From Podarcis gaigeae (Eukaryota), in NCBI GenBank assembly GCA_964106915.2, contig OZ066927.1: a DNA stretch of 64,000 bases. One strand, written 5' to 3'. Positions 14,483 to 24,372 of the stretch are shown here, in pieces (within the stretch, counting starts at the first letter, position 1; each line of letters begins with the position of its first letter). Below the pieces are notes generated by a model. It saw only the letters and a program-made list of their open reading frames with translations. It was not told the origin of the DNA and searched no databases. The position numbers and the translations under genes are program-made.

Positions 14483-15104
14483 ATCTATGGGACACCTTGG
14501 CCAAATTGCTCGCCCCCCGTAGCTTTCGGTTGCCAGCGGATCCGCTTCTTCCGAGGGCTGAGCCCGCAGCTCTTCAGCTAGGAAGCGTCCTTGCGAGAGA
14601 GACCTATTTATCTCTCTGTCTAGATATAGATAGATATAAATATATAATTTAGTCCACCTTTGTTTTTATTTGTTTTCTCTTTCTTTTGCTGTCCTCCCCA
14701 GTTCGCGTTGGCGAGTTTTTGTTCCCCCCTTCTTTTTTTCCCTTTTTTGTGGAAGTTGTTCGGCTTGTGTGCGGTTTCCCTTCTTTTTCTTCTCTTCTAC
14801 CCTCCTCTGGTCCTTTCTTTTTAAATTAATTTAATGTCCTTTTTTTCCTTTGCTTGCTTGCGCCCCACTTTTTCCTTGCTGGGCAGTCCCCCAAAATAAA
14901 GTCAGCAATGCGGGTCACCAAAGTGGGGTGGGGAGGGGAAGAAAAGTAGAGCAAGAACGAGGAAAGAGAGAGATAGAGGAAGAAAGAAGAGAGGGGACGA
15001 AGAAGGGGAAAACAGAGCAAAGAGGTTGGAGGCGATTGTCTGGTAGCAAATGAATAAAGGAGAAAAGTATAACAAAAATACAAAAGAGGAAGAGAGGAGG
15101 GAGG

Positions 15105-15150
<46 letters not shown>

Positions 15151-16830
15151 CGATTCTCTTCAGAGGTGCCCCCCTCCCTCTCTCTCGGGGAGCCGAGCAG
15201 AGTTGCAGGAGGAGAGGCTGGTGTCTGGGGGCCAGATCCAGAGAAGCCCGAAGTCAGCCATTCAGGAAAGCCATCGAAAGCCAGAGAGGGGGGAAAGCTC
15301 GCAGCAGCGGCGGCGGCGGCGGCAGCAGCAGCAGCAACTCCGGCGCGCAGCCGCTGGAGGAGAAGAGCGAAAGGCGCCGCGGCAGAAGATCCCACGCTCG
15401 GCGCGGCGCTCCGGAGCCCCGTCCTTGCTGCGCCGCCGCCGCCTCCTCCCGCTGCTGCCGCCGGTGGGAGTGCTGGGATCGGATGCCCCGCTCGGAGTTT
15501 GGCGAAGCTGTAGAAACATCAACCAGGGAGGCAGGGAGGGAGAAGAGAGGAGGAGGACGGGAGGGAGGGAAGGAGGGAGGGGGGGAGGGAAAAGAAAAAG
15601 AAAAGAAAAAGCCCTGGCCAAAGAAAACAAACAAAAAAAGCACACACGGGACGCGCGCGCACACACGAGACACGCACACACGCGAAATAGGCTAAGGGAG
15701 CCTTTGGGGGGTTCGGGTTCCCCCCTGGTTCCTCGGTGGTGCGTCCCTCTCTCTCTCGGCGTGCCTCGCTCTTCTTCTTTCGCCCAGCTCTTTCTTTCTT
15801 TCCTTCCTCGCTTCTTTCTTCCCCCGTTTCTTTCTTTCTTTCGTTCGTTTGTTCGTTGTTTTTTTCCTCCCCTCCTCCTTTGCTGCCGAGGCTACTCCGG
15901 CTCGCTCGCTCGCTCGCTCGCAGCCGCCGCCTCCTGCTCCTGCTGCTGCTGCCGCCGCCGCTTGCCGCTGCCTTATGCTGCTCCCGTTTCTTTCGCAAGT
16001 GGGTCTCTTTAGCAAAGCTGCTTCCTCGCACAACACATGGGGCGATAAGGGGAGGAGGCGAGGGAAGGGAGAGAGAGAGGGAGGGAGGGAGGGGGTTAGG
16101 GAGGGAGGCGGCGGCACTGGAGGAGGTGGGTGGGTGGGTAGAGAGGGCTGGGGGGAGGGAGCGAGCGAGGAAGAGAGCGAGAGCGCGGTGGGGGGAGACG
16201 AGAGAAGAGTGAACTCTCCCCAAGCTCAGGAGCCCCCCGACCCACCCGCCCCCCTCAGCTAGGGAGAAGGATAAAAGGAGTGCAGGAGGGGGGAGGGGGA
16301 GGCGGGGGCCCGAGTGGGTGTCGTTGGGTGGGTGGGGGAAAGCAAGGGGTGGAAATTAATAAGAATTAATAATAAATATCAGAAGCAAAGAGAGAGGGGG
16401 GAAGGAAAATGCACCAGATTTCCCCCCTTTTCTTTTTGCATGCATGCAAAAAGTGGAGATTTTGGAGCGGTCCTTTGGCGCTGGGGGTTGGAGGGGGGGA
16501 GAGGAAGAGAGCTCTCCTTGCAAGCAGAAGAGATGGGGGCAAGCGAGAGAGGGTTTTGCACGCGCACAAAAAGGTAAAGGGGGAGGGGGCAGCGAAAGGA
16601 AGAAAGAGAGAAGGCGAGAAGAGAGAGAGAGAGAAACGGGGGTAAGAAAAAGAAAAGGGAGGGGAGGGAGAAAAGAGAGAGAGAGAGAGGCAAGGAAAAA
16701 AAAGAGAGAGACCGAGAATCCCAGTGATCAAATATGCTAAGGAGAGTGGGTGGGTAGGTGGAGTGGGGGGGGGGGTTAAAGGAGTGAATGCGATTTATAG
16801 GAGCGGGGCTGGGGAGAGTGGCGAACGCTT
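14483..16830 (-). other. NR2F2: Long GC/CT-rich 5' leader of the main NR2F2 transcript (TSS position inferred)
   Basis: Sequence between the TATA cluster (16793-16863) and the ATG. Contains polypyrimidine tracts, CNG repeats and a few uATGs. The true TSS could lie further downstream. Confidence 0.45.
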
Positions 16831-16985
16831 TCTCCGCGATCAGCTCACCCAGCTCTCTATATAGTGAACTTTGACACGACGGCTGCAACTTAGCACACGT
16901 TGCCATGGCGACCGCTCGCCTTATAAGGCAAGAGGCTGCCTTTGACTGGTCAAAAGCTCCCGGACCTCCCCTCGCCCCTCATTGG
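16793..16985 (-). promoter_or_regulatory. NR2F2 core/proximal promoter cluster
   Basis: TATAAAT 16799-16793; TATATA 16863-16858; DR1 GTGTCA-A-AGTTCA 16877-16865; RFX X-box GTTGCCATGGCGAC 16899-16912; CArG CCTTATAAGG 16919-16928; TTTGAC-TG-GTCAAA 16941-16954; CCAAT 16985-16981. Confidence 0.75.
16865..16877 (-). promoter_or_regulatory. DR1 nuclear receptor element (RAR/RXR/COUP-TF type) abutting the TATA box
   Basis: GTGTCA A AGTTCA, 1 nt upstream of TATATA. A DR1 element of this kind is recalled from the mammalian COUP-TFII promoter. Confidence 0.75.
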
Positions 16986-19274
16986 GCAGTTCAGCCTTGT
17001 GCACGGCTGGGATGGCTGGAGCCCCGGGAAGTCCGCCAGGTCCTAAAGGGAGCTCGGTTCTTTGCTTCTTCTTCTTCTGCTGCTGCTGCTCCTTTCTATC
17101 TCGTCAACACCCCCCCGCGCGCCCTTTCCCTTTCCCCCTTCTTTTCTCTTTCTCTCACTCCGTAACCCCCCCCCCCAATTTCTTTCACCCAGCTTTGAAA
17201 CTCAGAGCAACAAAAGTAAGATTTGAAGGGGGAATTTTTCTTTTAAAAAGAAGAAGCATTATACATATTTTATTTATTATGGGAATGAGGGATCTAGCAA
17301 TGATATTGTTTTTTAAAAGAGTCTTGATTTTGCGCGCACACACAGACACACACACATATGCGAGAGGGTGGGTTGAGGTCGGGACACCACTTGTTTTTAA
17401 AGGATGCTAGACAGGTCTTTGTGAGACGACGGACTTTCTGAACTCTTTTGCTGGGAGACCAACAGTACGGTCCACCCCCCTGTGAAAGGCTGAGGCTTGA
17501 GGAAGAGAGACAGCTCTATCCTCTTCCTGCCACTGTTGCTGAGCTTAGGTGGGGAAAAACAATTTCGTTCTTATAGGGAAGGGTCATTTCAGCTGAGCAG
17601 TGGCGTTAGGGGAGCTGTATGTGCCTGGGTTAAAGAAATTAGACAAATACAGCACTGTAGACAGCTTGGGTCGCAGCGGTGCTGACACAGATTGACACAA
17701 ACGCTGCCCATTTCGGATTAAAGTTTTACAGGTAGGTGGGTTGAACTTTTAATTGCTTGATGACACGCAAGTCAGAGAATTGTTTTTTTGTTTTTCTTAA
17801 AAAGAAACACCCCTTCTTTTAGAAAAAGAAAAAGGAAGGAAAGAGAATACACTCTAACCTTGGCACGATGGTCTTGTAGAGAGATCTAGGGACACAAACG
17901 CTAACTTGCTCTCACTTTCTGACATGGATGTGCAGCGAGGGAGGCCGTTAAAACTGGATTTCGAGCATGTAGATAATTCCCATTCCTAGTTTAGGAAGTC
18001 TCAGCCTTCCTAACACTCCAGAGGCGGCTGGCCCGTAGGGGGAAAAGATGCAGATAAACTGATTTGCTGGAACTGCGTAGGAATCTTTTGAAAGCTGCTT
18101 GCTCGACACATACATTAGATAGACATCTATCAATGTATAGGGGCGCATACATCAGAGGCTAGGGTAACAGACCTCAGAATACTTAACCACACACTTCATT
18201 GTTCCCTGAAGCCTCTAGCATTCCAAGAACCCATTCCCTTTGCTCCAAAATCCAAACAGAAATGGGGAAAAATTAGCATACAAATACACACATGCATACA
18301 TACGCGCAGAACGCCTGGCCGCCTGTATATACTCCCAAATGGGGAGACATCTAACCCAGATGCCTTCTCAGGAGGAAGGCGATGATAGCGAGGAAGGGGG
18401 AAAAATCAGAGAGGAAAAGGATGGAGTTAATCAAACCCAGAAAACACATTTACAGCCTTTTCGCATTGGATTGGAAAGACCCAAAGTTCCCCCCTCTCTC
18501 ACCACCCCTTAAGAAAGCATATTTCCTCTTTTATGTTAACAGGAAGGAAAGGGGGAGAATTTCAGAACAAAACAAAACACCCAAGCATGGCGAAGTACAT
18601 TTGAACCTCTGCAACTTGATTTAATTTTATAGCCTTAGACGAGGTTACAAATTTAAGTCATCGCCTAGCTGTGGGATCTCTCGCGCTGCAATCTAGAGGC
18701 AAACTGACCTCCAGGCAGAGAAGTAAGTGTTCCAGCGAAATACATTTGCTGAGAAGGACAAGAGAAAAATGATAAATGGCAGGCTAGAAACAGACTCAAA
18801 ACTGAGAGTATATATATTTATATAACTCATATATACCCCCACACGCACTTGCACACACAGACTTCTTGGAGTGTGTGTGTGTATATAAACACACACAAAT
18901 ACACACGAGGTATGTCCAAGACACATATTAAATGAGACAATGGGGATCCCAGATACAAATATCTGGAGCTGTAACCCTTTCCATCAGCTCAACGCTATCA
19001 CGTTGCCACGTTCGTACCACCCACCCCTTTCTGTTGAAGAAATAAATGTCTGTTGCTAAGCTTGCAGGTGCTACGGACGAAGGCAGGAAAGTTGTAACAT
19101 GAACTCTGCTTGTTACTGGCCCTGGCTATATTGTCCGTTTCATACGGTCAGTTTCAAAGCGGTGGAATGTTCTATTGATTAGAAGGACTTGGCCGCCTGT
19201 AAACAGTGGAAGATGCCCTCTATGATCCAGAAGAGATGGAAATAATCGGCCTCTAGGATTGCAGAGAACTAGCG

Positions 19275-19421
19275 NNNNNNNNNNNNNNNNNNNNNNNNNN
19301 NNNNNNNNNNNNNNNNNNNNNNNNNNNNNNNNNNNNNNNNNNNNNNNNNNNNNNNNNNNNNNNNNNNNNNNNNNNNNNNNNNNNNNNNNNNNNNNNNNNN
19401 NNNNNNNNNNNNNNNNNNNNN
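19275..19421. other. Assembly gap (N run)
   Basis: 147 N. Confidence 1.
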
Positions 19422-21904
19422 CCTGGATATATCCTGGATATATAGGTGATCGCAGCCTATATAAGGAAAATTCTCCCCATATATCACCACCATATCTTAT
19501 TTTATCAGAAGAAATCTTATGATTCTGCTGAATGCAAAGACTACCAAAATAAAAATTAAAAAATCCGAAAGGGGAAATAACGACCCTTCTGTATTAATCG
19601 TTTTCCTGCAGGATCGCAAAAAGAGAAAGCAACTAATCACTGAGAACTAAAATAGACGGAGCTCACTCAAGCCCTAACATCAAATGCTTTGATAGTGTAC
19701 GTCTGTTCATCCAAAGGATGGAACTATTAAAAATAGCAGAGGTGGGGAGTTGGCAAGTTCATGGCTGACTGGTTGTTCATTCTCTCTTTCTCTCTCCCCC
19801 CCTCCCCACATTACACAGCAACATAGGATCGCTTAAAGAGAACGATTCTCAAACCAATTCATCATCCATAACTGTCAATTTACAGAGCTCAGTTATAATC
19901 CCAGACCTTATTTATTGCCTTGCAAGTAAGGATCCATTTTGCAATTTCTGGGGAGAAGCAATAGTGGTACGTATTAATAATACCTATCCACGTTCCCATT
20001 TTTTAAAACAGGTGTACAATCATCAGGAGATCCGGGATGTTAAATAGAAAAAAGTGTGGAATATTTTAAGGGAAACGTTAGGCTAAGCGAGGTGGGGAAG
20101 CAGGAACATCCCCTCTTTATTTTTCCCTGGCGAAAGGTGCGGGGATGGGGAGAGTTTGGTAAAATAACAACAATGACAACAAGAAACCCTCCCTTCCTGG
20201 CTTCTTTGCAACGAAGTTTGGACCCTCTGAAGTGAAATCAGTGGGGGGAAACCGCTGGGTTACGTGGGGGGAAGACTCAATGAATGCTCACTGTGTTGTT
20301 TGCCTCCCCCCCCCTCGCGTCCCCCTCCCAGCTCCATCCGAAGAGCTATGAATGGGGGAAAGTGGCCCTCCATTGTGCGACACTGAACTTTCAAGTGAAT
20401 GTAATTTTTAACCACTGGCTTGTGGTACTTTGAAAATCACCAGGGGCTGTCAGAGTCGGGCCCTCTGAAAAATTTACAGTGCTAAATTAGAACATATGCT
20501 AGGAGAGCGAGAGATGGAGAGAGGAAGAGAGGACAGAAGTGTGTGTATTGGTGTGTGTGAGGCGGGGGGGGGGGGAGGAGGAGGAAGAGGACCGGCTGGA
20601 AGACTCCAGAAGTACAGTATGCGTCTGCCCCCTAGCGTAAGTCTTTCATCGGCCTGAAAAAAATCCAACTTTCAAAGAAACGCTGCTTTTAAAGGGAAAG
20701 GGACGTGGGGGGAGGACGTAGGCAAAGCGAGACGGGGGGGAGCCAAGCAACTCCTAAACTTCTGTACGTTTATAATATGATTAATTCCTCCGGATTGCCA
20801 GTTAAGGAGTTATGTCATTTTAAAAATAAAATAAAATAGCATCTTTTTGTGCTCCGGACTTGCAAACTTCCGGGAAAATTGTGATTTTTTTTAAGGGAGG
20901 AGGCGACATAGGATGGATAAGGAATCCCCCCGCCGGTCTAATAGGGAGAAGCGAGTGTGAGCGAGTGAATGTGCGTGCGTGCGTATTTCTCGCGCTAGGG
21001 AAAGTCTAGAGCTCTTCCACGCGGCTTTTTTTTTTAAGTCACATCAGCCTGAAGATTATTACCCCCCCCCACTCCCCAACTTCCAACAATTAAAAGGAAC
21101 AAACAAAACTTTGCGCCTGGAAACCTGGATTTGGCAACAGATATCCCCTCTGGCAATGGTAAGTACCTCTACTTTATCATCCATCAGAGATTTTAAGGGG
21201 GTAAGGATAAAGCGGAGCTGCGGAACGGGGACTGCAAAGAAGGCTAGTCGTGAAACTCAATTTTGCTCCTGGAAGAAGTGTGTGTGGGGGGGGGAGAGAA
21301 ACCCAAGCAAAAACGCACGTGGCTACAAATTCTTGCAGTTTCATTTCCTATTCCCTGCCTTAGAGAGGTCCCTTTTCCTCCCCCCTTTTCAATCACTGCT
21401 TATACCTACAGCAATACGACCTTGAGATTTTAGACTGGTTCTGACTCAGAGAGGCATCATCATCATCGAATCCGAACCGGATTTGGAAGGGGGGGCACCC
21501 TTTGGATAGCTGGAAAAGGGGCTTTATAGAGAAGCATATTTTTCACGGCATACACCCACACACACATAAGGACCTTTCTCTCAATTAGTAGTTGATGTAA
21601 AGTCCACACACACACATCGCCCCCCCCACCCCGCTCCCGGCACAAATCCCGCCCTCCCCACGTAACCTTTGAAAGCAGAGTTTTCGTCCCCGACCCTCAA
21701 ACCATTGACTTCGGGGGTGCGGGGGAAGTTCTCTGAATTTCAACGGAGGGCATTACTTTTGCGCTTCGGATTTCAGCCTTTAAAATGAAATAAGTAAGGA
21801 ATGAGAGAGGGGGAGAGAGACCCGCACGGCCACAAACCAGGTCGCAAGGAGAAGGGGAAAGAGAGAGAGAGAGAGAGAAATTTAAAAAAGAGAATGGAAC
21901 ATAC

Positions 21905-21947
21905 CCAAAACATATTTGCCTTGTTCAAAATCCCAGATCGCTTGCAT
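21905..21947 (-). CDS. NR2F2: NR2F2 alternative upstream first coding exon (V2/isoform-b type, DBD-less, 281 aa)
   Basis: AAGATG CAA GCG ATC TGG GAT TTT GAA CAA GGC AAA TAT GTT TTG G|GTATGT = MQAIWDFEQGKYVL plus 1 nt. Phase 1 matches the exon 2 acceptor. Resembles the recalled human isoform-b N-terminus MQAVWDLEQGKYGF. 43+528+275=846 nt. Confidence 0.9.
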
Positions 21948-22471
21948 CTTCTTCCTGTTGTTTGGCAGCTGATGGCTTTTAAATTACTATTTTTTAAGGA
22001 GAAAAAATGGGCAGGAGAAAACCCCCCCTTAGGCAATGAAAACGTATCGCCCTGGTATTTATCTTAGCGATTGTACAAACTGATTTTGGAAAGGAGAGCG
22101 AGGGGTGGTTACTATTGGGGTGGGGGTGGGGGAGAACCTGAAGGGATCAGTGAACGAAAAAGAAAAAAAAAGAAAAAGAGCGACGAAAGGATAAGATCTT
22201 TCTCAATCTATAAAGGAATGTGTTTTGCCCCCCTGTGTATTTTGAGCGTGGAGCCTTGGAACAGGCGGCAGGGAGGAGAAATGACAATAATAATAATATC
22301 CTATATATGCACTCTCTTAAGTTTAAACAGAGCGGGTCCGAGGGGGAGTTTGCTTCACAGCGGTTGAAGAATGCGCGCCTCTCCTTTAAGAAAAAAAAAG
22401 GGGGGGAGGAAAGAGCCCCCACCCAAACGTTAAGGTAGCAGATATCTATCTTCTCATTCCTTAGAAGGAAG

Positions 22472-22647
22472 NNNNNNNNNNNNNNNNNNNNNNNNNNNNN
22501 NNNNNNNNNNNNNNNNNNNNNNNNNNNNNNNNNNNNNNNNNNNNNNNNNNNNNNNNNNNNNNNNNNNNNNNNNNNNNNNNNNNNNNNNNNNNNNNNNNNN
22601 NNNNNNNNNNNNNNNNNNNNNNNNNNNNNNNNNNNNNNNNNNNNNNN
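22472..22647. other. Assembly gap (N run), close to the V2 promoter region
   Basis: 176 N. Confidence 1.
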
Positions 22648-24306
22648 AATGCACGTATAGGTAGAGATGGACTTCCAAAGCGGAAAGTCATCAGAAATCG
22701 GGGTTAGTAGGACTTCAGAGAATATTAGGTTTTCAGGCAATGAAGGAAAAGAGAGGTATATTAAAAAAAACACACCAAATGGATTGGGGGTGGGGTCTTG
22801 GGCGAAACAGAATGAGCTGGGGCAAAAAGTTCGAAGAGTTATAAATTCGGAACTTCCTCCCCCCCCCCGCCACTTTTCTCCTTCACTCTCTATCATGGGA
22901 TCCCCTCGATCTGGAGCGTTTAAAGCGACCCACAGATATCTGAGGTCCTTTATGTGCTTGTCAGACTTGGTGCTAATTTAAATAAAACAAAAATACCAAC
23001 AAAGATAACCTCGCCTTGTGTTAATACAGACACCCCCACCACCACAATGGGAAGGAAAGCACCTTTTGAAGTCTCCCCCGAAAACTGCTTCTGGAGTTGC
23101 CCATAGAATTGTTCTTAATTTTGCACAAAGTGTGGGTGGGAGGGATTCAGTCTGTACAGATTGTTGTTGTTTAAAAATTACAAGCGGCCACAAATTTCGT
23201 TTACTTATCTGAGCTTTTACAAAAAGAAGAAGAAGAAGAAGAAAAAATATATGGGGGATGCACTTAATTTAATAAAGAGAGGGGAATGTGCGTGTGTGCG
23301 TGGAATATCACCGAAGGTACCTGGGAAAAAACCGTACTGTGAATAAATGTCACAGGTGACAAAAGGATCATACCTTCCCTTCCCTTCTGCTAATTTCTTA
23401 GATTCCCCACTCCCGGCCTTTAAAAGATGCTTCTGCAATTAACTCCACCACCTCCTTCAGCGTTAATTGCATGTTTACAGGGCTAATGAAATTTACAAAT
23501 GGGTTTGGCCCACCTCAAACAATGATGAAAAACTAGAGAAGCAAGTTTAATTACGTCCACCGAGGAGGTTTGCTTGGCGAGGGTGGGGGGAGAGGAAAGA
23601 CAGGGTATTGATCAGAGGGGGGGGGACGGGGGGAAGGTGACTCATTTTCTACAGGTCATTAATGACCTTAGATTATAGGCCTGTAAAAAAAACAAAACAC
23701 CTTTCCTGGGAATGCCTTCGAATGATTGAGACTCATCCCAGTCGGATGGATTTTGATGATGGTTCTGGTGGGGGCACCTTCTATCAAAACGCACCCCTAA
23801 ATCCTTCGACCCAGGCCAATCTTCCCAAAAGACGAACCCCCCAAAACTATATTTAATTCTTCTTAGAGTCTCTCTCTCTCTCTTTGCTTGTATGTAATAG
23901 AATTACAGGTCCTCTTGTTTTCGCTGCTGATATAATTATCAATACCTTTCAAAGGATGTCCCTTTCAGAAATCCTTCAGACACACGTCTCCCCTTCTGTG
24001 TTGTGAGAAGAAGGGAAAGCGGAGAGGAAAGATTTGGGGCGGGTGGGGGGGCGTTTAAAGAAGAGAATTCCACCAGCTACAAATGGATTCAGTCTCCAGC
24101 CTCAGCATTATCCACCCCCCTCCTGCCTCCTTGCAGATCAGCCTTTCCAAAGTTTGACTGAAGTTATGAGGATATCTGAGGCTTTGCTATGGAGAGGTCA
24201 GAGGTGAAGACTATTTTAACCCTAAAAAAGCATGCCGGTCTCCCTACACCCAGAGTGAATGCTCCTGCCCCCCCTTACCCAAAAAAGCAGAACAAAGCAT
24301 GAATCA

Positions 24307-24372
<66 letters not shown>

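Larger units (their letters stand above)
12850..17170. other. CpG island spanning promoter, 5' leader, exon 1 and part of intron 1
   Basis: Visibly high GC and CpG density (CGCG, GCGGCGGCG runs) compared with the CpG-poor distal half. Boundaries approximate. Confidence 0.7.

Noticed and set aside
14062-14581. Four ORFs overlapping exon 1
   Set aside because: Shadow frames of a GC-rich coding exon.
15050-16262. Long ORFs on both strands (e.g. 15050-16012 +, 320 aa; 15519-16223 -, 234 aa)
   Set aside because: Low-complexity products of GC-rich, GA-repeat and CNG-repeat leader DNA with few stops; no domain, mostly non-ATG starts.
17250-17275. Possible Shh-response element (TATAATGC on the minus strand)
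   Set aside because: Only a partial match to the recalled mouse element; insufficient evidence.
22147-22896. ORFs spanning N runs (also near 19259, 36020, 53331)
   Set aside because: Artefacts of assembly gaps.
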